From Eledone cirrhosa (taxonomy: Eukaryota), in contig OZ024741.1 of NCBI GenBank assembly GCA_964016885.1, positions 270,382,001 through 270,446,000 of the forward strand: a stretch of DNA of 64,000 nucleotides, in the 5' to 3' direction. The notes beneath the pieces were generated by a model that saw only the letters and a program-made list of their open reading frames with translations, made no database searches and was not told the origin of the DNA. Position 1 is the stretch's first letter; each line of letters begins with the position of its first letter. The position numbers and the translations under genes are program-made. Positions 38,250-51,945 of this stretch are shown piece after piece.

Positions 38250-40434
38250 GTATATAGAAGTGTATATATACAGTTATAGAGGTGTATATAACATGTAATA
38301 TAGAGGTGTATATAACATGTAATATAGAGGTATATATAATATGTAATAATGAATTTAAATGCTGTAAAGCTAATGACAATAGATTGTTAAACAAAAAAAT
38401 ACTTTTTCAATTCTGCCAAAATAGAATGTTATCGTAAGAAATATTTTAGCTTGGTTTTATGCTGCAAAAGAAGGAACTCAGGGCCCGAAAGAGCCCACAA
38501 AAAGGAATCCATCCTGCAAATTTCAAACTCAGACAAATTATTTTTTTCTTCGTGAGACTATCTGTGGAAGTTTGTATGGTGGGAATTTACTGTATATGTG
38601 TGTGTGTGTGTGTCATTTTATTTGTTGTCCTCATAGTCTTTGGCAGTAGTATATATACTGGTTGGATGCCTTTCCTAACACCAGCACCAATTGGATTGGG
38701 TGCTGGTGTTAGGACTAGGTGCTTTTATTCGTGCCATCAGCACTAGAGAGGATGTCTTACTGGATTCAGGGGCCCTCTCTACTCCTCCATTTTACAGCAT
38801 GGACTAGGTGCTTTTATTCGTGCCACCAGCACTAGAGAGGTCGTCTTACTAGACAATACTATTATATATTATATAATAGTATTGTGGAGCTGCGATCTAC
38901 AGCCTTCTACAAATTCATAAAACTTTGCGGTCCACCAAACATAATTTTACTTTTAATTGTGTAATACAACATGGTATGATATAACATGGAACATGGTATA
39001 ACATGGTACATGGTACAACATTGTATAACATGGTACCACATGATATAACATGGTACAACATAAGACTTTTTGTGGTCCACTGGAGGTCTTGCTGGACCAT
39101 ATTGTACATCACTGTTGTAGAGGATATCATGGAACAGGGCTACATGTTGACTAGAGATGGTGTTGTAGAGCAGGGCACAACAGAAGTAGGACAAATGAAG
39201 GACCAAGCTCACTTCCCACAGTGTTCCTCCAACACTCAGCTACTCTCAGATCTCAAATAATCGACCCTGGCGATGGGCTTTGCCAGGCTTAAAATGCCCA
39301 AGAAACCCATATGTCAATACGGCACCTTTATAACTCCATCAGGAGTTATGGGACTATACCATGTACCAATTTTAGTTTTTATATACCTCATTGTGGAGAA
39401 GAGACACAGGGGCATGAGTTCAATAAGTTACCTTTCACAGCTTGTCCATTTAACTCTTAACATCCTGTAATTATTCAGCAGAAAATTCCTGAAAAAAAAG
39501 GTCTGTTAATTTAAATGTTTATAGTGTATTTTTCTAGTGGAGAAATCATTGAAAATTTGCAGTTTTAGGGTAAAGATTTGAAGTTTTAATGTAATGCAGT
39601 AATACTGCTGTTTTGTATTTTTCAAGTATTCCTTGCTAATGTGGTTTCATGCCATGTACAGGATATTAAGAGTTAAGGTGGAGGAATAGAAAGATGTTAT
39701 CTACTTACTGATGCATATGTATTATATATTGGGCATTTAAAACCTGGTGGAGCCTATTTCCTCTCAAGCTCTGAGATAGCTGATTTCTTCCAGAGAAAGA
39801 GATATAGAGGAAGAATTAACACCAGTACTAGGCTGGTACTTTTTTTTATCAACTTTGAATGGATAAAGGGCAAAGTTGACCTTGGTGTGATTTGAGCTCA
39901 GAGTGCAGGGAACCAGGACAAATACTGCAAAGCATCTGATTTTCTAACAACTCTGCCAATTTGCTGTCTACTTACTATTATATATATGTATGTACCCATA
40001 ACTCTGGTGCAGTCATGGGGGTTATGTGGTAATATATAGCATTTCTTGGACATTTTTAAAACCTGGTAGAGCCCATCTCTTCTCCAAGTTTGAACACAGC
40101 CAATTTTTTCCAGAGAGTGAGAGAGAGGAAGTGAGGAAAAGATATAGAGGAAGAATCAGCTGGTACTTTATTTTATCAACCTTGATAAGATGAAAGGCAA
40201 AGTTGACTTTAGCAGGGTTTGAACTCAGAGAGCTGAGAGCCAGAACAAATACCACAAGGCATTTTATCTGCCAATTCTCTGCCCCAGAGAGCTAAGGGCC
40301 AGAACAAATACCACAAAGCATTTTATCTGCCAATTCTCTGCCCTACTGATATAGAAACATTAATAAAATACTGACTCCATAAATTTTTGTGTTTCAAAGA
40401 AAGAAAACAATTAAATGTTTCCTTAATATTTCAG

Positions 40435-40628
40435 CAACCGTGTCTTCACAGAAGGGACATGCAAGCTCCTTACTCTTGTTGTCAGTGATCTGGTTGACGA
40501 AGACTGTGTCATCCATAGCCGACATCAACCAGTGTCAGCCCTTATCTTTGGAACAGTAGCTCTTTTGTCAAAACCTGGACAGACTCTGGCACCTCTTGTT
40601 GGTACTTGGATGTTAACTTGGCAGACAG
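40435..40628 (+). CDS. MFSD13A: MFSD13A coding exon 5 (missed by the ORF track)
   Basis: tttcag| ... |gtttat; phase 2 to 1; manual translation [24 protein letters not shown]...[25 protein letters not shown]. Confidence 0.93.
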
Positions 40629-41174
40629 GTTTATAACATTTGTTTTTGTTTTATCTTTTACATTCTATTTCAATGACTGTGGAATACTCAGCTACTTACA
40701 GGCTGTTCTATTGATTCCAACTGGAATATCACCAAAACCGACAGGAGTCCATTCCATCTAAGTCAGACACATCACTGCTGAGTATCTTAATCACATACAT
40801 TATATCACTGATGTCTGAGGAGACAGTCCAACACTCAGCAAAACCCAGCTAAGTCCATCACTAAAACTGTTGTGTATTGAACTTATATTGAGTGTTATCT
40901 AACAAATGCTGTGTAATTGTTTAATTATTTAATTACAGCCAATCATATCACTATCACATATTTCATGTATGCTTGTGTTTTTTGCCTACATATTATTCTT
41001 CAACTAAATGAGGATACACAATTCTATCCAACAGGTTTGAAGTATAGTCTGTCAGTTTGAGGAGGACACAATTCTTTCTGTCACCACGGAATTATGTTCA
41101 GTATTATTATTATTATTATTATATGGTCGCTTCAGTTCAACAGTTTATTGTGTTGAAATAGAAGTTTGTAATTA

Positions 41175-41385
41175 ATGTCTCTGGATCGAGATCTTTGGCG
41201 CCTCGCAGTTTGCAGAAGACCTGCCTTCCCTACATGCAAAGTTAACCTTCAGTCAGTAGGCCCCTCTAAACCAAACACACCCCAACCCACTACCCCACTC
41301 CCGCCAACACCAGCCTTTCTCTATAAAGTTAAGTCGGTACCACAACATCCAGTCCTAACTTGATAGCAGGGTAGATGGACATTAA
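41175..41385 (+). mobile_element. RTE subfamily A 3' end fragment
   Basis: MSLDRDLWR, followed by a 3'UTR matching 45520-45660 in reverse. Confidence 0.6.
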
Positions 41386-41829
41386 AAGATGATAATGTAA
41401 GACTCTATCATGTTTTTCCATAGAATGGGATGTTGAGGTCATTTTGCTGCTGATTCTGCACAGAGGCTCCTTTGGCTTCAAAATGATGACAATAATGAAA
41501 AGTAAGATAAAGATGTTATTACAATGGATCTCCACCTGTTTCACCGATCAGTATTCCAGTTGTTCAATCAACTGATCTGCCTACATGTTGAATTATATAA
41601 TGTAAACAGTTGAGTATTCCACAGACATTTGTACTTTAAATGTAATTCTATAGCATTAATCAGTATGAGATAGTCTAAGACATAGCTGACACTTTGAATT
41701 ACAGGTAAAAGTCATTATTGACAAAAAGCAGATCTGTATGAGCAAGACATAGTCACTTCACTTTACTTCACCTGGCTATCCTCATCATGTGACAACCTGT
41801 CTAATCCATGCAATCATGAAATATTGATG

Positions 41830-42690
41830 TTAACCCTTTAGCATTTACATTACTCTCATCATCATCATCATCATATATATACTATTGTAGATTCATGGTA
41901 AAGGCTTTACCTCACATAATATCGAATCTATGAGATTTTGATTTTATTTATTTTGAGAACAATACCTTAACATAAGTATGAGCAACCAGTTATAGCCGGT
42001 TTGAAGAGAGATGAGAGAATGCTGGCCAGATACGGCTGGATTAAATGCTAAAGGGTTAAACTGTGATGATGTGTTTGTTTTCCTCTCAGAAAGAGAAAAG
42101 AAAAACAAAGACTTTAATTCATTTGGTAAACAAACATTTAACTCTTTACCATTTGCACCCCTCTACTATATGGTAAAGGCTTTACCTCATTTACCTCACA
42201 TAATTATCTCACATAACATTAACATTACTCTATATTTACTATTATATTTTCATGGTAAAGGCTTTACCTCACAATTATCTCACATGACATTTACATTACT
42301 CTATATTTACTATTATATTTTCATGGTAAAGGCTTTACCTTACAATTATCTCACATGACATTTACATTACTCTATATTTACTATTATATTTTCATGGTAA
42401 AGGCTTTACTTCACATACTATTTCACTTGGCATTTACATTACTCTATATTCACTATTGTATTTTCACAGTAAAAGCTATACCTCACATAATATCAAATCT
42501 ATGAGATTTTGATGATGTTATTATTTATTTTAGAACAATACCTTAATGTGAGTATGAGTGACCAGATACAGCCGGTTTAAATGCCAAAGGGTTAAACTGC
42601 AACGATGATGATGCTGCGTTTGTTTCCCTCTCAGAGAGAGAGAAAAAAAGGACTTTAATTCATTTAGTAAAACAAACATTTAATGCTTTC
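41830..42690. mobile_element. Tandem-duplicated piggyBac-like MITE plus flank; second copy has a 71-bp internal array
   Basis: TTAA-bounded copies at 41830-42059 and 42138-42595, each followed by a similar flank of about 90 bp. Confidence 0.75.
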
Positions 42691-42702
42691 TTTCTTTTAC
42701 AG

Positions 42703-42926
42703 GTCATGAACTGTTCACTGCCACATCCAATGAAGTCCGTTCATCTCATTTAGGCTCCGACCCAAATCACCGAATTGCCTGTTTTAATTTACTCGTCTAC
42801 ATCCCGATGGTGTGTGCCACATTTCAGATGCTTGTTTGGCTACTGAAGTTCCGACTTCATGGACACAGACTGCACTGGATCAAATCTGTTCGCTCCGGAT
42901 CGTCTTCTGTAGCTGGAACTGTATGA
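42703..42926 (+). CDS. MFSD13A: MFSD13A terminal coding exon 6 (stop TGA 42924-42926)
   Basis: tttcttttacag| phase 1; encodes GHELF...ACFNLLVYIPMVCATFQMLVWLLKFRLHGHRLHWIKSVR...TV*. The six exons sum to 1731 nt in frame. Confidence 0.92.
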
Positions 42927-43124
42927 AAAATGAGAAACGGGGGAAGTGGGTTCGGGGGGGGTTTATCATAACACACACACACATTCACTCACGCACACTA
43001 ACAGTTTGCATTTACTGAAGGACCAAATGTTGTTTCTGTTATTTGGTGTGTGTGTGAGAGACTGAAGTAGACAGAAGACCGACAGACTGACAGAGAACAT
43101 ATCACAGTACTGTAAAAGGCAGCT

Positions 43125-43134
43125 AATAAATAAA
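43125..43134 (+). terminator. Candidate polyadenylation signal (two overlapping AATAAA) of MFSD13A
   Basis: aataaataaa about 200 nt after the stop codon. Confidence 0.45.
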
Positions 43135-44030
43135 ACTGCTTTGTATACTACGTAGTATACGTCTATTTTCTGATCTCTCATCATCGTTTTTATATTGACT
43201 TTACCATGCTGGCATGGGTTGGACAGGAATTTTGGGGGCAATGTTTCACAGCCAGATAGATGCTCTTCTTGACACCAACTATTTTAGTTGCTTTATACAA
43301 ATAAAAAGGCAGGGATACAGTGTAACGATTTGTATATAATGAGATACTTTAATTTAAACTTCAACTATTCTGTAATTAAGAACTCCACCTCTTGTGGTAG
43401 TTAGGTCACCTAGAAGGAAACCATCTATGTGGTTGCCAGAAGCATAACTAGGGAAATTGCACCCCTGTTCAGCATTGTATTTTTACCTATGGGCCTAATA
43501 AATTATATAAATGGTTTAATGATCCAGCCACCATAGTGTTTCTCACCCATGATAATCAGAGACAGATCATACATCTGAAGGAGTTTCTTCTTCACTCTCC
43601 AATGAGGCTTATTTGACTTTAATACAATGTACTCCTAGTCTAAGTGGCGCCCATGGCCCATACCATACCCTAGTTATGCCTCTGGTGGTTGCTACACCTG
43701 CTAAAAATAGCAACTAACTCTCCATATCATAATATATAATCTTAAATAAAAGATGGAATAGGATGGTGATGAGTCTGCTTGATCAGGCTTGATTTAGGTT
43801 ATACAACAACAGCTTTATCTTTCATAAGGAACCTCAAGTGGTTATTCAGCTTGCTATAAATAACAGCAAAATCTGCCTCAATTAACCCCCTTCCATCTTA
43901 AAGGAGGAAGCATACATTAGGTAATGTAATGCTAGGTAGACTGTGTTTGAATAAAAGAAAGGATGGTCTTTGATGATAGGCCTGTTTTGATCAGGGTTGA
44001 CTAGCCTAAGTATAAACAATAATATATATG

Positions 44031-45238
44031 CAGATTGTCCCCAAAAATGTATACATACTTTGATTACCTGTACAGCCTTTTTCAAAAATAAAATGATCTA
44101 CAAATATAATTCACTTGTGTATAAACACCCAAAAACGTTTACATAATTTAAATAATGCATATAAAACAGAATTTATTTTAATGCATTTTTTTAAAGATTT
44201 TGTCATTGCCTGTTTTCAAATTGATATCCTTTCTGGTCCAGACTGGTTGACAGGGGGAGGTAATGGAGTTACTAGCAGCTAGAGACATTTCATTAGGTAT
44301 TTGATGGAGTTACTGGAGTTACTAGCAGCTAGAGACATTTCATTAGGTATTTGATGGAGTTACTGGAGTTACTAGCAGCTAGAGACATTTCATTAGGTAT
44401 TTGATGGAGTTACTGGAGTTACTAGCAGCTAGAGACATTTCATTAGGTATTTGATGGAGTTACTGGAGTTACTAGCAGCTAGAGACATTTCATTAGGTAT
44501 TTGATGGAGTTACTGGAGTTACTAGCAGCTAGAGACATTCCATTAGGTATTTGATGGAGTTACTAGCAGCTAGAGACATTCCATTAGACATTTGATGGAG
44601 TTACTAGCAGCTAGAGACATTCCATTAGACATTTGATGGAGTTACTAGCAGCTAGAGATATCTCATTATAGACTGTTGCAGCCTGTTCAATTAAATGAGA
44701 CCAGTCACTGTAGCATCACAAAAGAATGGTCCAATTAATCCTCTTGATGTAATGCCACACCACACTGTAACTCCTGGTAAATTAACTTCATGTTCCACTG
44801 TAACATGTGGATTTTCAGGCCTCCAGTATGTGCAGTTGTGACGGTTAATTGAACCATTTAATTTAAATGTAGCCTCATCAGGCCACACAACTTATGTCGG
44901 AAAGTACGTATCTTCTAAGCATTTTGCCAAGTATCATTTGCAATACTCTATTCTGTGTGGATCATCTTAATTGATAGCATAGACTAATGTAGAGATATAG
45001 CTTTTACAATTGCAGTGCTTTAGAATGCGATGGACAGATGTTTTTGAAATCCCTACGTCACAGCTTACTTGCCACAAAGATCTCCTCGGACTTCTGTGAA
45101 AACTTTCCAGTAGTATTTTAGGATGAATTTCCTTTGTTCGTAGCTAAGTCTTGAAGCCATTATCAATTCTGATGTGTAAAAAAGCTGATTTGAGTTATCT
45201 GCTGTTGAAGTGTGTATACATTCTTTGGGGACACCCTG
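44031..45238 (-). mobile_element. Tc1/mariner-superfamily transposon remnant
   Basis: TIRs cag..tgtccccaaaaatgtataca; [21 protein letters not shown]...[18 protein letters not shown]. Confidence 0.85.
44260..44670. repeat. 50-bp (then 41-bp) minisatellite inside the Tc1 element
   Basis: Unit gagacatttcattaggtatttgatggagttactggagttactagcagcta. Confidence 0.92.
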
Positions 45239-45241
45239 TAT

Positions 45242-46534
45242 ATCATCACCATCATCATCGTTTTACGTCTATCTTCTACGCTAGCATGGGTTAGACGGGA
45301 ATTGTCTCACTTAAGGCAAGATTGATCAGGTGACCATGTCTCGCTCGTATAGGACTATCTGGCAGGTTTTCTACGATTGGATGTCCTTCCTAACACCAAC
45401 CACATTTACAGTGTGGACTGAGATCCTTTTTACCATGGCTCCTACATGACCACTTTACAGCGTGGACTGGGTGCTTTTTTATCGTGACACCTACACAACC
45501 ACTTTAGTGTGGACTGGATGTTCTATGGTACCAACATAACTTTACAGAGAAAGGGTGGTGTTGGTGGGAGTGGGAGGATGGAGTAGGTTAACTTTGCACA
45601 TAGGGAAGGCAGGTCTTCTGTATTACTGCATGGCTCCAAAGATCTTGATCCAGTGACATTGTCTTAGAGAGGTGTAAGTGTGCAAGAGCAGATTCTATCA
45701 TGTCGTCCCAGGTTTTTCTGGGTCTACCAACTCCGTAACTTCCATCAATTTTGATTGCCCTATACTTTTTTTTTATACAGCTGTGACCATACCAATGTAA
45801 TCTTCTCTCAAATAAACAGCATCTGATCCCTCTTATTCCTAATTTCTCACTTAGTTCGTTTGTTTTGCTGTTCATGTATATTACTATTACACATCCAACA
45901 GAGCATGCATGCTTCGTTCCTTTCCAATCTGCACAGGTCCTCTGCACACAATGCCCATGTCTCACTGTCATGTAACATTGCTATTCATATACAAGCATCA
46001 TGCAATCTGCCTTTCATTTCTAGAGAGAAACCTTTTCTGAACTTTTTCCATCCCATTCTAACTCTGGCTACTACACTTTCAGAACACCCTCCTCCACTGT
46101 TGATTTTGTCACCCAGGTAATGGAAAGTGTCCACTATTTCTATAGAACCATCTGGGCAATAGGAGCTAGTATCCTGTGGGCACTTACTACTTATTGCACC
46201 TGAGCATTGGCCACATATAAAATCTACATTCTTAGATAGCTTGCTTGTAATTCCTCTACATCTTTTATGTACCCATAGTTTGCATTTGGGGCATAGAATG
46301 AAATTTCTACCTACTCCTTTCTTACACACTGAACATGGCCATTTCCCAGAGGACACCTGTGTCCTATTTGCCTTTCTACACACTAGAACTTTAGTCTTAG
46401 ACAAGTTAACTTTAAGGCCTTTTGAGTCTAGGCCACGCTTTCATGTTTGGAATTTCTTCTCTAGTTCAGCCATAAATTCAGCTATGAGAGTTAGATCATC
46501 TGCATATAGAAGTTCCCATGGGCAGCCAGTCTTA
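45242..46534 (-). mobile_element. RTE LINE (subfamily A), 5'-truncated at KTGCPWELLYADD
   Basis: ELLYADDLTLIAE, WPCSVCKKGVGRN, GRPRKTW, 3'UTR and (cat)n tail. Confidence 0.9.
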
Positions 46535-46539
46535 AATAT

Positions 46540-49381
46540 ATATAGCAAAGGTAAAAATAATAATTCCCACCCAAACGTGCTATAACATGTTTCTGCTGGT
46601 TTCAGCTTCCTCGAGAAAAATGCCAAAGGTTGTTGTTTTCCAGCGTTGAACTGCTGTAAAACTGCTCCCACAGCGGTATCAGATGCATCAACACAAAGCG
46701 AAAGCTTGGCCTCTGGTTCCGGGTGGGCTAGCAAAGATGAACTAGCGAGTGCTGTCTTGGCAGTCTAGAAGTCTTGAAGCTGTCCTTGTGTCAAGGAAAT
46801 ATCCTCATTCTTCTTAAGACGATTTTTCAAAATGTCAGTAAGGGAAGATAGCAAATTAGCACAATGAGGAATGAAACGCCTATAGAAATTGATAAGGCCT
46901 AAGAAGTGACGCAACTGGTGAAGTGTAGTAGGTGGAGGTAAATCCAGTATGGCTTGAACTCGCTGAGGGAGTGGCCTAAAAAATTTAACAAAGTGGAACC
47001 GTAAACACACTTTGCAGGATTCACACGAACGCGGTAATCTTGAAGTCGCCGAAATAAGAGATGCATGTGGCGCATATGCTCTTCCGGAGAGGAACTAGCG
47101 ACGAGAATATCGTCTATGTAAGCATAAACAAAGTCCAGACCACGAGTGACTTCGTCTATGAACCGCTGAAAAGTGCTAGTGGCGTTCCTGAGTCCAAAAG
47201 GCATGGTCAAAAATTCAAAGGATCCGAAAGGAGTTGTAATCGCCGTTTTCGGAATATCCTCCTTCCTGATCGGAATTTAGTGGCAAGCTCGCACTAAATC
47301 TAGTTTTGAGAAAATCTTAAACGCCTGCAATGAAGATGCGAAATCGTGGAGATGGGGAATGGGATACCTATCCGGGAAGGTCATGGCATTTACCCTTCTA
47401 TAATCCCCAGTGGGTCTCCAGTCGCTGGAAGTCTTGGGCACCATGTGTAACGGTGAAGCCCAAGGACTCGTAGATGGGCGAATAATGCCCAGCTGCAGCA
47501 TATGGTCGAACTCGGACCGTGCTGCCTTTAATTTGTCCGCAAGCAAGCAACGAGGACGTGAGATCACTGGGGCGCCAGTTGTAGAGATAAAATGCTACGT
47601 TGTGTGAGTCGGTTCAACAACTCGAAAATTTCCCTGAGTAAGCTGTGGGAAAGAATTCAACAATGCATGATAGGGATTCCCAGCATTAACGATGAAAAAG
47701 GTCGGGTTAACCGTTGGAAAATTAGCTTTCTGCCCACGAATTGAAAAACCGGTGATGTCATCCACCAGGTGTTGGCCATGGACGTCCACAGTCAAAGAGA
47801 AGTTGTGGAGGAAATCCGCTCCTAAGATAGGTTTATGGCAAATCGGCAACCATAAAAATCCACTTAAAATCCCTATGAAGATTTAGGAATTTGAGAGGAA
47901 GCGAGATTTGCCCATACATCTTTATAGACGAGTGATCAACTGCCTGCAGAGTAACGGATGATTCTTCGGGAGTATCTTTCAGGTAATGGACTGGCCAAAT
48001 ACTACAGGAGGCTCCTGTATCCACGAGGAAACCTCTTCCCGACATAAGGTCCTTAATGAAGAAATGGCGGTTTGGTGGCTTTATGTTGAGGTCAACTGCC
48101 CCCATCAGTGGACCCCTTAGGCGTTTCCCGCCTTATGAAACGAGCAAGGTTGCACGCAGTGGTTCGCTCTCTCGGCGAATTGCTCATGGTACCAGTATAA
48201 AGATGAAGCTGGTGATTTGGAACGGCGTCTAAAAGATTGAGATCTCCCACGGCTGCAGGGGCGCGAACGGGCACCACACCAGACCTTCATTTTCTGGAGC
48301 TCCAGGGTGAGTTCCTGAATGGACTCCTGCATCGCCATAATGGCTGAATGAGATGCCATTGTTATACCGTAGGTAATTTGCCCCCAAAAAAAACAAAAAA
48401 TCCTCTTCATTTGGAAAAATGCCCCCAACACAACAGAAAAGAAAACAAAGTCGCTTATTTTTCTCTGGCAAACAACTGGACAGGAAAAAGAATGCATCCG
48501 AGACAATATGCAAAGGAGCGACTAACCAAGCGATGTCATTAATAAGGTATAGGCAGGGAATTTAAAACTAAAACCAACATGGCAGACTATTTCGTGCCAA
48601 AAACACTATTGATGGAGAAGAAAGCCGCCATCTTGTCATCCTCAAAATTTTTAGCAAGAGAAAAGGAGAAAAAAAAGAAAAAACATTCGTACAATTGCTG
48701 TTTGTTTGTGTGTAAATAACTTTGGGTGTTCGTTTTGTACATATGAAGAGTTTGATGTTAAGTGTTACAGAGAAATATGTTTAGCTCGGTCAATACAGCC
48801 ATATCAGAATCAAGTGCGTTGTTCTGTATTAAATGTTTTTTTTTTTTTTTTCTTTTTTTTTATATACACATGGTACCGTTTCCCATTTTTTTCTTTTTTT
48901 TTTAAACGTCCGGTCACCAATTTAGGAAATTAGTATCAGTGTATATATATATTATCAAGAACAACAATAAATGCAGGTGAGAGTTGTGACATGGTTTTAC
49001 TTCACAGAAGTCAAATAAATTGATATAAATAATTGTTACCACATGTTGATATTCAGTGGTCACAACTCCCAGACTGGAGTGTGTGGAGGAGAACAGAAAA
49101 TCTTCTCTTCGTAGAGTTCAAGTGTTTCTTTAGGCTGCCGGTGTTCTTCTTGGGTGCGAAGGAAGTGAAACAGGAGTCATCTCTTGACAAAGTCTCAGGT
49201 GTTCTTGTCCCTTCGACGTTCAGGAGTAGAGTGTGTCTTATGGCTTGATTGTCCTCGACTATATAGTCCCCAGGGGGACGCAACTCCGTTTAGTACATGA
49301 ATCTGCCGCTGGGAGTCGCGCCCGTCGCAAAGGGACGTAACTCTTATACGTGCTGAGTCACAGTCGTAAGGAGCTGCTACA
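46540..49381 (-). mobile_element. Ty3/Gypsy LTR retrotransposon, 5' part (LTR, PBS, gag remnant, PR, RT, RNase H), degenerate
   Basis: [63 protein letters not shown]. Putative LTR 49381-48921 (TGTAG...CCTAAA). Confidence 0.92.
48906..48919 (-). promoter_or_regulatory. Primer-binding site of the Gypsy element (tRNA-Trp-like)
   Basis: tggtgaccggacgt lies 1 nt after the putative LTR end and resembles TGGTGACCCCGACGT, the complement of the tRNA-Trp 3' end. Confidence 0.65.
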
Positions 49382-49559
49382 TATACAACAAATGAGTAAT
49401 TGAATTGTAGTAGATGGTTTCCAGTCCAGTCAGACTGCAACTACAAATAAAAAAATTGTTAGTTTACTTTGTAACAATAGCATATCCAAGTTTTCGGATA
49501 AATCAACTTACTTTAACTTTGACTCATTTCAATGGGACCCTTGAGCTTCATGGAGTCTA

Positions 49560-50560
49560 GCTAACTCTTTGACGTGAGGCTGAATTTTCCTAAGATGTAG
49601 CCAGAGATCTCCACGTGTAATTACATTGTAGCGGTTGCGAGCCTTACCGTGCAGTCTGGAAACAGCACCAAACCTCCTCTCGACTAAGTATGAGCTTGGA
49701 AAAGGCAGAGCAAATCTCTTAGCCTCTGCATGTAGGTGTGGAAATCAATGCTGAATTTCCTCTTGCACCCCAAAAAGGGGTTCACCTATTTTGGGAAATC
49801 TAATTTTGATCATGTCATTTGCTTAAAGTTCAATGAATTCTTCCTGAAATTTAACGTCCAAATCGTCGACGTTAGCTATGAAGGGATCTGCTATCCACAT
49901 TGGGATGTCCATCGGCAAAAGGTGGACAAACCGTTCTCATGTTGTCTTGTAGCGCACGGAGGTGAGTGGTATAAATTTGGAGTTGGTCATCGCTTACAAT
50001 GTTTTGAACATTGGCGACACTAGGAAAATTATAGAATTCCCGTCAACAAAGATTCCTTTCGATGACATTCAATTTGGCCAGGAATGTTTTCACAGCATTC
50101 CTTGCTTTAAGCCAAAATGATGCTATTGCATTTGTCGAAGATGTTGGTGAGGTAGGCGCACTCTTGCTTCACATCGAGGCTTTTCTTGTACAGTTCTGTG
50201 TTGCGTCCTCGCAGAAACTCAATGATAGAGTCAAACAGTTCAAAGAAGTGAGTAAAGCACTTGCCCTTTGAAAGCCACCTCACTTCAGTATGAAGGAGCA
50301 GCTTGACGAATTCTTCGTCATTATCTTGGCACAGTTGCTGGAAAATTCGTTCATTGAAGGAATGCCATTTGATAAAATTGATGACATCAATGGCCACCTG
50401 CAAGGATTTGTTCAGAGGCTTGCTGAATTTCTTCGCAGCCAAGTGTTGTCGATGAATGACACAATGAACAGCAAATACAGACAGATTTTCTCTTCAGAAG
50501 AGTGACGAAACCCTTATGTTGGCCGACCATTGCTCTTGCGTCGTCCGTAGCACATGATAC
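49560..50560 (-). mobile_element. hAT Charlie/Buster-type transposase remnant
   Basis: HCVIHRQHLAAK, LLLHTEVRWLSKGKC, FPSSYLVER, RGDLWLHL. Confidence 0.88.
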
Positions 50561-50602
50561 GTGTTGTGTGTGGTCCTAGATGTATGTATTACCTGCCTGT
50601 GT

Positions 50603-51686
50603 CATCATCATCATCATCATCATCACCGTTTTACGTCCATTCTTCCACGCTAGCATGGGTTAGACGGGTTGTCCTGTTGTGGGCAGTGTCTGGTCGGCTG
50701 ACCATGCCTTGCTCATACAGGAACTGATTTGGCTTGATTTCTACAGCTGGATGCCCTTCCTAACACCAACCTCATTTACAGTGAGTGCTGGGTGCTTTTT
50801 CGTGGCGCCTACACGTCCACTTTACAGAGTGGGCTGGGTGCTTTTTTTGCTGTGGCACCTCCACGACCACCTTGCGGTGGGGTGTGTGGGGCATATTGTC
50901 TATGTTTCAGCTTGTACCCATTTGAGGTCGGGTACTCTGTATTACTGCGTGACGCCAGAAGTCACGGTCGTGTGTCATTGCCTTTGAGAGGTGTAATTGG
51001 GTAAGGTCGGCTTTTATCACCTCATCCCAGGTCATCCTGGGTCTCCCCACTCTGCGGTTTCCATCAACTTCTAGTGCTCTGCACCTGTCATCCTTCATAC
51101 GCATCACGTCCATACCAGCGCAACCGCCTCTCCTGCACACAGCATTTGATTCCTCTTATGCTCAGTCTCTCTCTCAATTCATTTATGCTTTGTCGTTCAC
51201 GTATATTACTGTTACACATCCATCGGAGCATGCAGGCTTCGTTTCTCTCTAATCTACGTAAGTCTTCCACCTTCAGCGCCCAGGTCACACTACCATGCAA
51301 CATTGCTGTTCGGATACACGCATCATACAGTCTGCCTTTCATTCTGAGGGAGAAGCCTTTTGCAGCTAGCAGTGGTAGTAGTTCCCTCAACTTCTTCCAT
51401 CCCGTTCTTACCCTAGTTATTGTACTTTCTGAACACCCACCTCCGCTGCTAATTCGGTCACCTAGGTAGCAGAAGCTGTCTACTGTTTCTACAGGGCCCT
51501 CCCAGAGATTGGTGGTACTTGTTTCCTGTGGCTGTTTGCTGCTTGCTGTCTCAGCACAGCTGCTGCATGTGAAGCCTACATTCTTAATTAAGCTTCCTGA
51601 GATTCCGCTACATCTCTTGTGTACCCATTGTTTGCATTTGGGGCAGAGAATGGAGTTCCTACCTACTGAGCAAGGCCATTTCCCTG
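50603..51686 (-). mobile_element. RTE LINE (subfamily B) 5'-truncated, inserted in a 40-bp minisatellite
   Basis: Near-identical to 17889-18985; candidate TSD cctgtgt at 50596-50602 and 51683-51689. Confidence 0.9.
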
Positions 51687-51945
51687 TGTGTTGTATGTAT
51701 TACCTGCTTATGTATTGCATGTGGTCCCAGCTGTATGTATTACCTGCTTGTGTGTTGTATGTTGTCCTAGATGTGTGTACTACCTCCTTATGTGGTCCTA
51801 GATGTATGTATTACCTGATTGTGTTGTATGTGGTCCTAGATGTTTGTATTACCTGCTTATGTGTTGTATGTGGTCCTAGATGTATGTATTACCTGCTTAT
51901 GTGTTGTATGTGGTCCTAGAAGTGTGTGCTACCCGCTTCTGTGTT
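51685..51945. repeat. 40-bp minisatellite (also one unit at 50561-50602)
   Basis: Unit gtgttgtatgtggtcctagatgtatgtattacctgcttat. Confidence 0.85.

Noticed and set aside
46441-46734. Apparent RNase H-RT fusion ORF
   Set aside because: Chance in-frame junction between Gypsy RNase H and a 5'-truncated RTE at a TA run; both are degenerate.
49053-49440. Short ORFs as possible host exons
   Set aside because: They fall within the putative Gypsy 5' LTR directly upstream of the PBS.
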